The notes: generated from the letters alone by a model not told the origin. A DNA stretch of 64,000 nucleotides from an uncultured delta proteobacterium (GCA_963699755.1 CAVOVB010000010.1:160001-224000); one strand, 5' to 3'. Positions 1 to 11,288 are shown, counted from the first letter of the stretch. Made by a program: numbers and translations.

Positions 1-2619
1 GATGGCAATCGATGCCGGGTCGCCCCCGTGCTCGCCACAGACGCCGGTTTCGATGTCAGGACGGGTCTTGCGCGCCTCGGTGACCGCCATGCGCATGAGC
101 TTCCCGACGCCCCCCTCGTCGAGGGTGGCGAACGGATTCGCCGGGAGGATGCCCTCGCTGAGGTAGCGCATGAGAAAGCCCGACTCGGCGTCATCGCGAC
201 TCATGGCGAACGTGGTCTGGGTCAGGTCGTTGGTCCCAAAGGACAGGAACTCGGCGTACTCGGCGATTTCATCGGCGGTCAATGCCGCACGGGGTACCTC
301 GATCATCGTCCCGAACTGGTACTTCACGTCGACACCCTGCTCTTCCATCACCTTCTTAGCCTCGGCTTCGAGCACCGCCCTTTGGCGACGCAGCTCATTC
401 ACGTGGCTGGTGAGCGGAATCATGATCTCCGGGATCGCTTTGTGACCTTCTCGCGTCACCTCGCAAGCGGCCTCGAAGACGGCCCTCACCTGCATCCGGG
501 TGAGCTCAGGGATCAGTATTCCGAGTCGCACCCCCCGCAAACCGAGCATTGGGTTCGCTTCTTTGAGAGCCGCGACCTTGTCGAGCATTGCCTTTGTTTC
601 CACCAACTTGGACGTGATTTCTTCAACTTCTTCGAGGCTGCGCGCGTTGGTGATTCGAATCTGATGGTCCGTCAGCTCGCGCGAGAGCTCTTCGAAGCCC
701 GGGAGGAACTCGTGGAGCGGCGGATCGATGAGCCGAATGATGACCGGAAGCCCGTCCATCGCCCTGAACAGTCCTGCGAAGTCGGCCCGCTGGAACGGCA
801 GGAGGGCGTCCACCGCCTCGCGACGCTCACCGGGGGAAGGGGTCGTGATCATCCACTGGACGGTGGGCAGCCGCTCTGGCTCGAAGAACATGTGCTCGGT
901 TCGGCAGAGGCCGATTCCTTCCGCGCCATACTTCCGGGCGCGCTCAGCGTCCTCCGGATAGTCCGCATTGGCGCGAACCCCCAGCCGACGGAACTCGTCG
1001 GCCCAGCCCATGAGACGCGACAGCCATTCGTCGTCCATGTCGGGGACGACGGTCTCGAGCTGGCCGATGAAGACCTCGCCCGTCGTCCCATCGATCGAGA
1101 TCCAGTCGCCTTCACGGATCTCCTGTTGGCCGACCGTCATGATTCGTTTTCCGAGATCGATGCTGATCGCCGACGCACCGACGACCGCCGGCTTGCCAAA
1201 CTGCCGGGCGACGAGGGCGGCATGGCTGGTTCGGCCGCCGCTCGATGTCAGGATTCCCTTGGCCGCAAGCATCCCGTGAACGTCGTCGGGCTTGGTCTCG
1301 GGCCTCACCAACAGCACGGCGCGCTTGTTCTCCTTGGCCCAACGCTCCGCGAGGTCGGGATCAAACGCCACGACGCCGGTCGCCGCACCAGGCGACACGT
1401 TCAAGCCCTTGGCGATCACTGGGTGCCCTGCCTTGGCCGCAGCCGAGAACTGCGGATGCAGAAAGAAGTCGATCTGCTCGGGTGCAACCCGGAGAACGGC
1501 CTCTTCGCGACTGATCAGCTCCTCGTTGGCGAGCTCGACGGCGATTCGCACGGCCGCCTGTGCAGTCCGCTTGCCGTTGCGAGTCTGAAGAATCCAAAGC
1601 TTCCCGCGCTCGACCGTGAACTCCATGTCCTGCATGTCGCGGTAGTGACGCTCCAGCCGCCGAGCGATCTCCTCGAACTGCGCGTAGACCTTGGGCATCT
1701 CGCCCTTGAGCTGCTCGAGCGGTTTGGTCGGCCGCGTCCCCGCAACGACGTCTTCACCCTGCGCATCCGTGAGATAGTCGCCTTCGAGCACGTTCTCACC
1801 AGTGGTGGCGTTTCGTGACATGGCGACACCGGTCGCAGACCCTTCGCCGAGGTTTCCATACACCATGGTGATCACGTTGACGCCGGTTCCGAGGTCGTGC
1901 GGGATGTTGGCGGCTTCCCGATAATCACGGGCGCGCTTCCCGTTCCAGCTGTCGAACACGGCTAGGATCGCCATGCGAAGCTGCTCTTCTGCGCTCGTAG
2001 GAAAGTTGATGCGCGCATGACGTCTCACGATCTCTTTGAACTCGACGACGATCGCACGAAAGTCTTCGCCGCCAAGATCCGCATCGCTGCTCACCCCTCG
2101 CCGTTCGCGATGGTGAGCGAGCACGTCTTCGAAAGGCTCGTCGCGCACACCGAGTACCACCGTTCCGTACATTTGAATCAGCCGCCGGTAGGAGTCGTAA
2201 CCAAAGCGCTCGTTGCCGGTCAACTTGATCATGCCCTCGGTGACGTCGTCGTTGAGCCCGATGTCGAGGACGGTGTCCATCATGCCGGGCATCGAAAACT
2301 TCGCGCCCGAGCGGCACGATACGAGCAGCGGATTCGCCGGATCTCCGAAGCGCTTCCCGGTCTTCTGCTCCATGGTACGGAGTGCCGCCAAGGCCTGCTC
2401 CCAGAGCCCTTCAGGAAGCTCACGGCCACGAGCGAGGTAGGAGTTGCAGGCCTCGGTCGTGATGGTGAATCCGGGAGGGACCGGTACCCCGAGTCGGTTC
2501 ATCTCGCCTAGGTTCGCACCCTTGCCGCCGAGCAGACCTCGCACGCGATCCCAGTCGCCGTCCACGGCCGCTTCGGCCTGATTGATCTCGTCCAGCGTGT
2601 ACACCCACTTGGTCGTCAT
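1..2619 (-). CDS. ppdK: Pyruvate, phosphate dikinase (3' end runs off the window)
   Basis: Not in the ORF track because it has no stop in the window. Manual translation from ATG at 2619 gives MTTKWVYTLDE...LLGGKGANLGEMNRLGVPVPPGFTITTEAC; the same frame gives VFDSWNGKRARDY near 1920-1960 and the catalytic-Cys motif GVCGEHGGDP near 20-45. Confidence 0.96.
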   Translation of the reverse strand, partial: MTTKWVYTLDEINQAEAAVDGDWDRVRGLLGGKGANLGEMNRLGVPVPPGFTITTEACNSYLARGRELPEGLWEQALAALRTMEQKTGKRFGDPANPLLVSCRSGAKFSMPGMMDTVLDIGLNDDVTEGMIKLTGNERFGYDSYRRLIQMYGTVVLGVRDEPFEDVLAHHRERRGVSSDADLGGEDFRAIVVEFKEIVRRHARINFPTSAEEQLRMAILAVFDSWNGKRARDYREAANIPHDLGTGVNVITMVYGNLGEGSATGVAMSRNATTGENVLEGDYLTDAQGEDVVAGTRPTKPLEQLKGEMPKVYAQFEEIARRLERHYRDMQDMEFTVERGKLWILQTRNGKRTAQAAVRIAVELANEELISREEAVLRVAPEQIDFFLHPQFSAAAKAGHPVIAKGLNVSPGAATGVVAFDPDLAERWAKENKRAVLLVRPETKPDDVHGMLAAKGILTSSGGRTSHAALVARQFGKPAVVGASAISIDLGKRIMTVGQQEIREGDWISIDGTTGEVFIGQLETVVPDMDDEWLSRLMGWADEFRRLGVRANADYPEDAERARKYGAEGIGLCRTEHMFFEPERLPTVQWMITTPSPGERREAVDALLPFQRADFAGLFRAMDGLPVIIRLIDPPLHEFLPGFEELSRELTDHQIRITNARSLEEVEEITSKLVETKAMLDKVAALKEANPMLGLRGVRLGILIPELTRMQVRAVFEAACEVTREGHKAIPEIMIPLTSHVNELRRQRAVLEAEAKKVMEEQGVDVKYQFGTMIEVPRAALTADEIAEYAEFLSFGTNDLTQTTFAMSRDDAESGFLMRYLSEGILPANPFATLDEGGVGKLMRMAVTEARKTRPDIETGVCGEHGGDPASIAI

Positions 2620-2769
2620 TGGAGCCCTTCCTGACGCGCACCGCGCCGTCTGGATGCCTTTAGCAAGGCCGCATCGGAGCGCAACGGAGCGCCGCGGCAT
2701 TGTTGCTATCGGTCAACCGAGCGGCGAGCCGCCAGGCCAGCACCGGCGGTCGCCAGGCGTCCCTGCGCG

Positions 2770-5130
2770 ATGGGCTGCGTTTCCGCGGCATGTCTCGTCG
2801 GCACGCGGATTGCTCGACGACCTCTGGTGCTCGTGTGGATCGCAAGCGGATGGCTGACCGGCCTATTCCTGGGCGCGCAATGGCAGCCTCAGTTGGGGCC
2901 GCTCTTAGCCGGTCTGGGCTTCGCCGGGTCGCTCATGGTCGCCGCGCATGGTGGCGAGCTCCGGTCTCACCTCTGGGGCGCGCCACTTGCCATCCTCGCC
3001 GTCTGCTGCGGCCTAGGTGTCGCGCACTCGGCGCCGGCGCCTTGCTCCGTTCGCGGAGAGGCTCGGCTGCGGGCGCGAGTCGAGTCGGTGCGCCACGGTG
3101 TCGCGGATGCCCGTCTGCGATTGAGCGTTCTCGAAGGCCGTTTCCGGGAATCGGGGCAAGCCCTGCCGCCTGGTCTTCAATTGTCCGCCAAGCTCGTGGG
3201 GGGTGCCACGCCCCCGCCCTCGGGCATCATCGAGATCGACGCAGATCTCCGTCCGCGTTCCGAGCTTCGCAACCCCTCGCCGCATCCGCGTCTCTCTCCT
3301 CCTCGCGCCGCTGGCTGCTGGGCTCAGCTCGACGAAGCCACCCCGTTCGAGCTCGTCAACGCCTCCCCCTCCACGGTCGCCATCGCCGACGCCCGTTCTC
3401 GGGTCCGCCTCCACATGGACAATTCATTGCCGCCGGACGTGGCGGGGGTGGCGCGAGCCTTGGTTCTCGGGGACGGCGCGGCGCTCGGCTACGAGCAGCG
3501 GCAAACGATCGCCGCAGTGGGTCTCGCTCACCTGTTCGCCGTCTCCGGCCTTCACGTGGCCCTGCTGAGCGGCACCTTGGTTCGGGTTCTTCACTGGCTG
3601 CTACGTGGGCTCGCGCTTGGTTTCGACGCTCGACGCCTGGCCGCGGCCATCGGTATCCCCCTCACCTTGTTGCACGCGCTTTTCGCGGGGGGCTCCCCAA
3701 GCGCCTGGCGGGCTGCGATCACCGCAGCCCTCACCTGGGCGTTCTTGCTCATCGGCCGACGACCTTCCGCCACCGCCGTCACGGCAGCCGCTGCGCTTGC
3801 GCTTTCTGCCCCCGACCCGGCCATGGCGCTCCGCCCCGCGTTTCTTCTCTCGATCGTTGCCACGTCGTCGATCTTGAGTGCGCCGCAACCTTCCGCTTCC
3901 GAGCGCTGGAGGCGACTTCGCTCGTCCGCGACCATCAGCGCGAGAACGCTCGTCGCCACGACACCGATGGTCTGGTGGTGGTTCGGTGGGGTGCCGCTGA
4001 TCGGCTGGCTCACGAACATCGTGGTTCTCCCGTTCGGAAGCTGGGTCGTCATCCCGCTGGCCCATCTCTTTGCGCTGACGGCCATCGTACCCGCCCTGGC
4101 CCAGACGGCAGGAGCTGCGCTGACCGTGGCTGTCCACGTCCTGCTCTCGATCTGCGACGCCTTCGTCCCACTGACAGTCACCCAACGGCTCCCGCCCCCC
4201 GACCTAGCGCAAGGCCTGGTCATTTTGGCCGCTTCTCTGCTGCTTTTGCACAGCCGAAGCTGGCGCCAGCGCGTCGTGGTAGTGACGGTTGCCGCCCTCC
4301 TCTGGTTTGCCGAAGACCAGCAGCTCATCGCGCGCGAGCAAGCTCGAGGCTCGCTTCGGGTATCCTTTGTCGACGTCGGCCAGGGAGACGCGACGCTCAT
4401 CGATTTCCCCAACGGACAGCTAGCGCTCGTCGACACCGGCCAAGGTGGACCTCATCCGGCCGCGCGTGAGCTTCGCGCCCTCCTCGACGCCCGCCGCCGC
4501 TCACGAATCGATCTGATCGTGATCACCCACGGCCACCCCGATCACTTTGGAGGCCTTCACGACTTGATCGGCGAAATCGAAATCGGGGAAATCTGGCTCA
4601 ACGGGCAGCTTCTCACCGAGGAACGCGACGGCGCCATGGCCCAGCTCCTCTCCTCGGCGATGGCACTTGGGACCAAGCTTCGCTTCGCGCCGGAGCTATG
4701 CGGCACGGCGCAGCGCTTCGGAGATGCGGAGCTCGAAGTCCTTTGGCCCTGTCCTCGCTACGATGCGGCCTTCGGTCTGAACGACAACTCGATGGCGCTG
4801 CGGCTCGCGTACGGACACCGTGCCTTCTTGTTCACTGGCGACCTCGAGCGCGAGCCGGAGCGTCTGCTGGTCACCGCCGGTCGCATCGAGCCTGCCGACG
4901 TGCTCCAGGTCGGTCACCACGGCTCCAAGACATCAAGCTCGCCTCTCTTCGTCGCGGCGGTTCGCCCTGCCCTCGCCGTGATCAGTTGCGGTGCCGGCAA
5001 TCGCTACGGCCACCCAAGCCCCTCGGTGGTTGCGCGATTGCGCGAAGCCGGCGCGGCAGTCTATCGAACCGATCTTCGCGGTGGCGTCATCATCTCCACT
5101 GACGGGAAGCGACTCGACATCCATCGCTAG
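2770..5130 (+). CDS. comEC: DNA uptake channel ComEC/Rec2 (competence domain plus metallo-beta-lactamase domain)
   Basis: GLAHLFAVSGLHV competence motif, many TM segments, DVGQGDA, THGHPDH, FTGDLE, VGHHGSKTSS, GNRYGHP. Start codon uncertain. Confidence 0.93.
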   Translation: MGCVSAACLVGTRIARRPLVLVWIASGWLTGLFLGAQWQPQLGPLLAGLGFAGSLMVAAHGGELRSHLWGAPLAILAVCCGLGVAHSAPAPCSVRGEARLRARVESVRHGVADARLRLSVLEGRFRESGQALPPGLQLSAKLVGGATPPPSGIIEIDADLRPRSELRNPSPHPRLSPPRAAGCWAQLDEATPFELVNASPSTVAIADARSRVRLHMDNSLPPDVAGVARALVLGDGAALGYEQRQTIAAVGLAHLFAVSGLHVALLSGTLVRVLHWLLRGLALGFDARRLAAAIGIPLTLLHALFAGGSPSAWRAAITAALTWAFLLIGRRPSATAVTAAAALALSAPDPAMALRPAFLLSIVATSSILSAPQPSASERWRRLRSSATISARTLVATTPMVWWWFGGVPLIGWLTNIVVLPFGSWVVIPLAHLFALTAIVPALAQTAGAALTVAVHVLLSICDAFVPLTVTQRLPPPDLAQGLVILAASLLLLHSRSWRQRVVVVTVAALLWFAEDQQLIAREQARGSLRVSFVDVGQGDATLIDFPNGQLALVDTGQGGPHPAARELRALLDARRRSRIDLIVITHGHPDHFGGLHDLIGEIEIGEIWLNGQLLTEERDGAMAQLLSSAMALGTKLRFAPELCGTAQRFGDAELEVLWPCPRYDAAFGLNDNSMALRLAYGHRAFLFTGDLEREPERLLVTAGRIEPADVLQVGHHGSKTSSSPLFVAAVRPALAVISCGAGNRYGHPSPSVVARLREAGAAVYRTDLRGGVIISTDGKRLDIHR

Positions 5131-6263
5131 GCGCCGATGGGCTTCTCGAACAGTCGATAGCGCTTGTATATTGTGGACCCCATGCTGCGAATCGCGGCGT
5201 TGATGAGCCGGTTGTCTTCGAGCGTCCAGCCGAGCTCGGCCCAGGCGTAGCCTTGCTTGAGACCGCGGCGCACCAGCTCCGCGATGACAGCCATCGCCAA
5301 GGGCGCGTAGCGCTTCTTCCCACGGAGCTCGGTTCGAATCCCGAGTAGCATCAGGCGCGCCGACTTTGGCCGCCGGATCTTCAAGCGCCAGATCAGCTTT
5401 GCAATGGTGACCGGCCCGAGCTTGCCCTCGAAGTCGTAAATCACCTCGTTGAGGTTTGGCAGGCAGATGCAAATCGCAACCGGCTGGCCGTCGATCTCGG
5501 CGAAGAAGGAGAGCTCCTTGTCGAGAATGAGCTGCAGGTCCGCAGCCATCTTCTTGGCTTCGGAGTCGGTGGCCGGGACGAAACCCCAGTTGTGCTGCCA
5601 GGCGTCGTTGAAGACGTCGAGGATGTCGTGGACCTCCTTTTTGAGCTTGCGTGGGTTGACCGAGCGGAACCGCACCTCGGGAAGGCTGCTGATCGCCTCC
5701 CAAGCCCTCTGGGCGCGCGGCGGCGCGGGCACGACGTGGTGTTTCCAGCCGTAGCAGTCCTTCACCTTCTCGAGCCCCGCCCCTTCGGCCAGCGCGCCCT
5801 GATACGGACGGTGGTGCGGCGACATGATGGTCGGTGGCGAATCAAAACCTTCGACCAGCATCCCGGTCTCCTCGTTGATCGACAGCGAGAAGGGACCGCG
5901 CATCAGGGTCATCCCACGGATCGCAAGCCAGTTCTCGGCGGCAGCGACCAAGGCCGAAGCTACCTCCTGATCATTGATCGTATCGAAGAAACCGAAGAAG
6001 CCGGCGTTGTCTTTGTGAATACGCAGATGCTCGTGATCGATCTGCGCCGAAATCCGACCGACGGCTTTCCCGTCTTTCCATGCGGTGAAGAGCGCAACCT
6101 CCGCATGCTCGAAGAAGGGGTTCTTCTCGGGAGTCAGTCGGTCGGTGATTTCCATGTTGAGCGGCGGCACCCAGGCCGGGTCGTCGCGATACACCTCGAA
6201 GGCAACCCGAATGAATTCCTTCAGGTCCCGGCCGGGCTGATGCCGCTTGATTTCGACGCTCAT
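5127..6263 (-). CDS. GNAT-fold acyltransferase of the YghO / bacterial ceramide synthase-like family
   Basis: Real start inferred at MSVEIKR (ATG 6263, overlapping the fumC stop). Motifs [78 protein letters not shown]. Confidence 0.75.
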   Translation of the reverse strand: MSVEIKRHQPGRDLKEFIRVAFEVYRDDPAWVPPLNMEITDRLTPEKNPFFEHAEVALFTAWKDGKAVGRISAQIDHEHLRIHKDNAGFFGFFDTINDQEVASALVAAAENWLAIRGMTLMRGPFSLSINEETGMLVEGFDSPPTIMSPHHRPYQGALAEGAGLEKVKDCYGWKHHVVPAPPRAQRAWEAISSLPEVRFRSVNPRKLKKEVHDILDVFNDAWQHNWGFVPATDSEAKKMAADLQLILDKELSFFAEIDGQPVAICICLPNLNEVIYDFEGKLGPVTIAKLIWRLKIRRPKSARLMLLGIRTELRGKKRYAPLAMAVIAELVRRGLKQGYAWAELGWTLEDNRLINAAIRSMGSTIYKRYRLFEKPIGA

Positions 6264-7651
6264 ACCTTCAGCGGGCCTACCATCTCTTCGGGCCGCACCG
6301 CTTCGTCGAACTGCTCGCCGGTCAGCAAACCAAGCTCGATCGCCGCCTCCCGAAGGGTCGTGTTGCTCTTGTAGGCGTGCTTCGCAATCTTGGCCGCGTT
6401 GTCGTAGCCGACGAGCGGGTTCAAAGCGGTCACCAGCATCAGCGAGCGGCGAAGCTTGTCGTCGATCGTCTCGAGGTTCGGTTCGATGCCAACGGCGCAG
6501 TGGTCGTTGAAGCTTTGTGAGGCATCGCCGAGCAGTCGAATCGATTGAAGCAGGTTGTACGCCATCACCGGCTTGTATACGTTCAGCTCGAAGTTGCCCT
6601 GTGACCCGGCAATCCCGATCGTCACGTCGTTCCCCATCACCTGCGTGCAGACCATCGTCATCGCTTCGCACTGGGTGGGGTTCACCTTACCCGGCATGAT
6701 CGAGCTTCCGGGCTCGTTCTCTGGAATCCGGATCTCGCCGATACCCGATCGCGGGCCCGACGAGAGCCAGCGCACGTCGTTCGCGATCTTCATCAGCGCT
6801 ACCGCGAGCTGCTTGAGCGCGCCACTGGTCCCGACGAACGCGTCGTGTGCCGCGAGCGCAGCGAACTTGTTTGGTGCCGAGACGAAATCCTTCCCGCTGA
6901 GGTCGGCGATCTTCGCGGCAACCCTCTCGGCATATCGTGGGTGCGTGTTGAGGCCGGTTCCCACAGCCGTCCCCCCGAGCGCAAGCTCGCGAAGCGGAGG
7001 CATGGTCGCCTCGATCGCGGCCAATCCGTGGTCGATCTGTGAAACCCAACCGCTGATCTCCTGACCCAGGGTCAATGGTGTCGCATCTTGTAGGTGGGTC
7101 CGGCCGATTTTCACGATCTGTGAGAAAGTCTTGGCCTTGCTGTCGAGGGTGTCGCGAAGCAGGCGAACCTTGGGAATCATCCCCTCGACCGCGATGACTG
7201 CCGCCATGTGCATGGCCGTCGGAAAGGTGTCGTTCGAGGATTGAGAGCGATTGACGTGGTCATTGGGATGCACGGGCGTCTTGCTGCCCAATTCGCCACC
7301 GGCGAGCTCTATCGCCCGGTTCGAGATCACCTCGTTGACGTTCATGTTCGACTGCGTTCCCGATCCGGTCTGCCAGACGACCAGCGGGAAGTGCTCGTCG
7401 AGCTTCCCCTCGATGACCTCGTCGGCCGCACGCACGATCAAGTCGCAGACGTCCTCGTCGAGGTTGTCGAGGTCGCGGTTGGTGAGCGCGGCAGCCTTCT
7501 TGAGGATCCCAAATGCACGAATCACTTCGATCGGCATCCTCTCCGTGCCGATCCGGAAGTTCATGCGCGACCGCATGGTCTGCGCGCCGTAGTATTTGTC
7601 CGCAGGCACCTCGACCGGGCCCATCGAATCGGTTTCTACACGCGTCGTCAT
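6260..7651 (-). CDS. fumC: Class II fumarate hydratase
   Basis: [55 protein letters not shown] signature. SD-like GGAGG upstream of ATG 7651. Confidence 0.97.
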   Translation of the reverse strand: MTTRVETDSMGPVEVPADKYYGAQTMRSRMNFRIGTERMPIEVIRAFGILKKAAALTNRDLDNLDEDVCDLIVRAADEVIEGKLDEHFPLVVWQTGSGTQSNMNVNEVISNRAIELAGGELGSKTPVHPNDHVNRSQSSNDTFPTAMHMAAVIAVEGMIPKVRLLRDTLDSKAKTFSQIVKIGRTHLQDATPLTLGQEISGWVSQIDHGLAAIEATMPPLRELALGGTAVGTGLNTHPRYAERVAAKIADLSGKDFVSAPNKFAALAAHDAFVGTSGALKQLAVALMKIANDVRWLSSGPRSGIGEIRIPENEPGSSIMPGKVNPTQCEAMTMVCTQVMGNDVTIGIAGSQGNFELNVYKPVMAYNLLQSIRLLGDASQSFNDHCAVGIEPNLETIDDKLRRSLMLVTALNPLVGYDNAAKIAKHAYKSNTTLREAAIELGLLTGEQFDEAVRPEEMVGPLKV

Positions 7652-7717
7652 CTTGCCTCCGGGCGCTCCCTTACCGCGTCCTTGACCCAATGTCGATTCC
7701 TCGTAGGACCTTGCGAG

Positions 7718-9874
7718 ATGCACCCTGCACGGCCGCAACTACCCTCTCGGCCATGCCCTGCTTGCGGGCAGGCGGTTGACCCGCTGCGCGCCCGCCGCGT
7801 CCTCTGGCTCGAGGACGGCGCCAGATTCCTCTGCGACGCTGAATGCCATCTTCGTTTTGAGCTCGGTGATCGCGCGTTCGACGCCCGCTCGAGTCAGCCT
7901 TCGGAGCGGCCGCGCGTCGAGCGACATTCCATTCCAGAGCTGGTTCGAGAAGCCACGCTTCCCCGCAAGGACCCTACCCCAACGGAGGGCGACGGAGCCC
8001 GTGCCCAACCATACGACCCGGTCATCGCAACCGGCCTCGCCTGCCTCGCGCTCGCCCTGCTCTTGCTCACGCCAGGCCGCGAGCTCGGATGGCTCGCTGC
8101 CTTCCTCGTCCTTCTCTGCGCGGGCGTGAATGCTGGCATCCCACTCACCACGCTGCGTGCGAGTCGATCGCTCAGAGTCGTAGCCCCACTGGGGCTCGTA
8201 TTCGCATCCGTCGCCGCAGTCATGAGCGTCGACGCGGAAACTCAGCGCTGGTCGCTCGCGGGGGCGGCGGTCGCAGCGATCGCGGTCTCGGTCCGCAACT
8301 GGCTCCACGCTTCATTGTCTTTCTCGCTGGAGAACGCCTCGGAGTCGCTTCGCGAAACCCTGCCGCTCCACGCGCGTGTCCCGACCGACGACTCTTCGGC
8401 CTACGAAGAGGTAGCAGCCGACAGCTTGCGTCAAGGAGACCTCGCCGTCGTCCTCGAGGGCGAGTGCGCGGCTGCCGATGGCGTCGTCGAACGAGGCTCG
8501 GGCTCGGCTTTGCGCTACCCTAAAGCGGCGCACTCGAGGCGGTACGCCGAAGGTGATTTCATGCTCGCCGGGACGCGTGTGCTTGAGGGCGCCGTAACGG
8601 TTCGGGTTCGACGGACCGGCCAGGAGCGAGGGATGCTTCGCACCGTCGAGCTTGGGAGAGGCACCCAGCAGGACATGGCTGCCGCGTCTCGACTACGCTT
8701 CGCGCTCACACACTGGAGTTGGCTCCTTTTGGCGCCAGCGAGCGTTGCGGCCCTGCTTTGGGCGGGACCGGCCGGGGCGGCGACCTTTTTGCTCGGGGTC
8801 CCCGTGCTCGCCTTGCTGGCCTCACTCGACGCACCCTTGGACGCTGGCGCGCTCGCTTCGGCACGGCGAGGCATGTTCTTTGGCAGCGCGCGCACCCTCC
8901 GTGACGCAGGCCGCGTGAGCACGACCGCAATCTTGCTCAGAGGTTCTCTGACCGCGGGTGAGCCGGTCGTTCGGCAGGCGCATCCGCTCGGGCATACCAA
9001 CCTCGATAGGGTCCTCGCCCTCGCAGCCGCGGCCGAACAGGCGGCCGAGGACCATCCAATCGCTCGGGCGATCCAGCGCTTTGCCGAGGAACGCGGCCGC
9101 GCTTCGGCCTCGGTTCGCAAGGCGCGCGTCCGGGCCGGTCTCGGTGTCACCGCCGTCACCTCGCACGGCGTCCCAGTCGTCGTCGGTCGACGACAGCTAC
9201 TCCTCGACGAAGGCGTCAGCGTGGCCACGGCGGACAGCGACGCGGCTCACATCGAGAGCGAAGGTTTGACACCCATCTTCATCGCGGTCGACGGCCGACT
9301 CGAAGCGTTGCTTGCGGTGCTCGACCCTACCCACGTCGGCGCGCGGGACGCAGTGCAACGCATCGTCGACCTGCCCTGTGAGGTGGTTGTCCTCTCCGGG
9401 GATGACCGGCGCACGGTCGAACGCATCGCAGCCAATCTAGGCGCCCCGCGCGTCAAGGCTCCGCTGCTGCCGATAGAGCGTGTCGCCGAGGTGCGCGCAC
9501 TCGCTGAAACCGGCGGGGTCACGGCGGCAGTCGGCCGAGGCGGCGTGGACGACGCGGTGATGGCCGCTGCGGATGTTCCGATCTCGCTTCGCCTCGTCGG
9601 CTCGGCATTGGAAGACAGGGGCGTGGTCATCGCCAGCCAGGATGTTCGTGACGCCGCCGGCGCGCTCTGGATCGCCCGGGCCGCACGACGGGCGACCTGG
9701 CGCAGCATTGGCACCTCGGTCCTGGCGACCCTACTCGTCGTTCTCGGCGTGGCTTTCGAGTGGATGACTCCGGTCATGGCAGCCCTCTGCGCAGTCATGA
9801 CCGAGGTCTGGACCCTTCGGGCTGGCTCCCGCCTGCTTCGCCGTGTAGATCTTCGTGTGCCGATGCAGCAATAG
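7718..9874 (+). CDS. Degenerate (probably catalytically inactive) P1B-type heavy-metal ATPase homolog with an N-terminal Cys cluster
   Basis: Colinear with the CopA/ZntA architecture (A-domain GD...[28 protein letters not shown]), but the DKTGT position reads LLRGS, CPC reads GVP, TGES is absent and GDGxND reads GRGGVDD. N-terminus CPACG...FLCDAEC. Confidence 0.8.
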   Translation: MHPARPQLPSRPCPACGQAVDPLRARRVLWLEDGARFLCDAECHLRFELGDRAFDARSSQPSERPRVERHSIPELVREATLPRKDPTPTEGDGARAQPYDPVIATGLACLALALLLLTPGRELGWLAAFLVLLCAGVNAGIPLTTLRASRSLRVVAPLGLVFASVAAVMSVDAETQRWSLAGAAVAAIAVSVRNWLHASLSFSLENASESLRETLPLHARVPTDDSSAYEEVAADSLRQGDLAVVLEGECAAADGVVERGSGSALRYPKAAHSRRYAEGDFMLAGTRVLEGAVTVRVRRTGQERGMLRTVELGRGTQQDMAAASRLRFALTHWSWLLLAPASVAALLWAGPAGAATFLLGVPVLALLASLDAPLDAGALASARRGMFFGSARTLRDAGRVSTTAILLRGSLTAGEPVVRQAHPLGHTNLDRVLALAAAAEQAAEDHPIARAIQRFAEERGRASASVRKARVRAGLGVTAVTSHGVPVVVGRRQLLLDEGVSVATADSDAAHIESEGLTPIFIAVDGRLEALLAVLDPTHVGARDAVQRIVDLPCEVVVLSGDDRRTVERIAANLGAPRVKAPLLPIERVAEVRALAETGGVTAAVGRGGVDDAVMAAADVPISLRLVGSALEDRGVVIASQDVRDAAGALWIARAARRATWRSIGTSVLATLLVVLGVAFEWMTPVMAALCAVMTEVWTLRAGSRLLRRVDLRVPMQQ

Positions 9875-9887
9875 TGGAGAACAAAGG

Positions 9888-11279
9888 ATGAGTGACAAGG
9901 CATGGGGCGGCCGGTTCCAGAAGGAGCTGGATGCGATCGCAGCGAGCTTCAGCGCAAGCGTGGATGTCGACGGCCGTCTGTGGGCACAGGACATCGACGG
10001 ATCGATCGCACACGTGCGCATGCTTGCCGACCAGAACATCCTCTCCATCAAGGACGCTGCGCAAATCGTCACAGGCCTCGAAGAGATCCGCGCATCCATT
10101 GCGCGGGGCGAGTTCGACTGGGACGAAAGCAAAGAAGACGTTCACATGAACATCGAGGCTGCCCTGACGAGCGCAATCGGCGAGGCCGGCGGCCGCCTCC
10201 ACACCGGGCGAAGCCGCAACGACCAGGTCGCGACCGACATGCGGCTTTGGACGCGACAGGCCTGCGCGTCCACGGTGGCGGATATCGATGCCCTGCTCGA
10301 GGTCCTGGTCGACAAGGCCGATGGGCACCTCGACTTCCTGATGCCTGGGTACACGCACTTGCAGCGGGCTCAGCCGATTCGCCTAGCGCACCATCTGATG
10401 GCCTGGGCCGAGATGCTCGACCGCGACCGAGGCCGACTCGTCGATGCAGCGAAGCGCATGAACGAGTGTCCGCTCGGCAGCGCAGCTTTGGCCGGTACGA
10501 CGTTCCCTATCGACCGCGAAGCCACCGCCAAGGCGCTGGGCTTCGATCAGGCCATGCGCAACTCGCTCGATGCGGTCAGCAGCAGGGATTTCCTCCTCGA
10601 GGCAGTGAGCGCGCTAGCGATCTGCGCCGTGCACCTCTCGCGGATAGCCGAGGAGCTGGTGCTCTGGTCGAGTCAGGAATTCGCCTTCATGCAGATGAGC
10701 GACGCCTTCACGACGGGCTCGTCGATCATGCCGCAGAAGAAGAACCCCGACATGCCCGAGCTGGTCCGTGGCAAGACGGGACGTGTCGTCGGCTCGCTGG
10801 TGAACCTCTTGGTCATCCTCAAGGGCCTTCCGCTCAGCTACAACCGCGACCTCCAAGAAGACAAGGCGCCGGTCTTCGAAGCCTTCGATACGGTACGCGA
10901 GTGCCTAGCGGTGCTGAGCGGCGCGATTGGCTCGGCGACCTTCGACAAGGAGCGGATGGAGGCCTCACTTCGGTCCGGCTTTCTAGACGCCACCGAGGTC
11001 GCGGACTGGCTTGCGTCGCGGGGAGTGCCATTTCGGGATGCCCACCATGTCGCGGGTAAGCTGGTCCATCGGGCCGTGCAGGAGGGCAAGACGCTCTCTG
11101 AGCTTCCCCTCCAGGTCTACCAAGACGAGCACGAAGCCTTCGACGACACGATCTTTGGAGCGTTGGACATGGAAACTGCAGTCGAGCGCCGCGATGTCGT
11201 GGGTGGGCCGGCCCGGGGCAGGGTCGCGGCCGCGATCGCCGAGCTACGGGGTCGACTCCAGGCGCGCCGGGACGCATAG
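9888..11279 (+). CDS. argH: Argininosuccinate lyase
   Basis: WGGRF, EDVHMNIE, LHTGRSRNDQ, MPGYTHLQRAQP, TGSSIMPQKKNPD. Confidence 0.97.
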   Translation: MSDKAWGGRFQKELDAIAASFSASVDVDGRLWAQDIDGSIAHVRMLADQNILSIKDAAQIVTGLEEIRASIARGEFDWDESKEDVHMNIEAALTSAIGEAGGRLHTGRSRNDQVATDMRLWTRQACASTVADIDALLEVLVDKADGHLDFLMPGYTHLQRAQPIRLAHHLMAWAEMLDRDRGRLVDAAKRMNECPLGSAALAGTTFPIDREATAKALGFDQAMRNSLDAVSSRDFLLEAVSALAICAVHLSRIAEELVLWSSQEFAFMQMSDAFTTGSSIMPQKKNPDMPELVRGKTGRVVGSLVNLLVILKGLPLSYNRDLQEDKAPVFEAFDTVRECLAVLSGAIGSATFDKERMEASLRSGFLDATEVADWLASRGVPFRDAHHVAGKLVHRAVQEGKTLSELPLQVYQDEHEAFDDTIFGALDMETAVERRDVVGGPARGRVAAAIAELRGRLQARRDA

Positions 11280-11288
11280 AGGGCCGCG

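Noticed and set aside
28..1818. 596-aa plus-strand ORF
   Set aside because: Antisense shadow of ppdK; no motifs, and typical of high-GC codon bias.
2700..4469. 589-aa Arg-rich ORF overlapping comEC
   Set aside because: Alternative-frame artefact with R/P/G/A-rich composition.
6264..6671. N-terminal extension of the 514-aa ORF 5127..6671
   Set aside because: Lies within fumC in another frame; family similarity starts at MSVEIK (6263).
7208..7717. Extended N-terminus of the ATPase-like ORF (888 aa)
   Set aside because: Antisense to fumC; the plausible start is ATG 7718.
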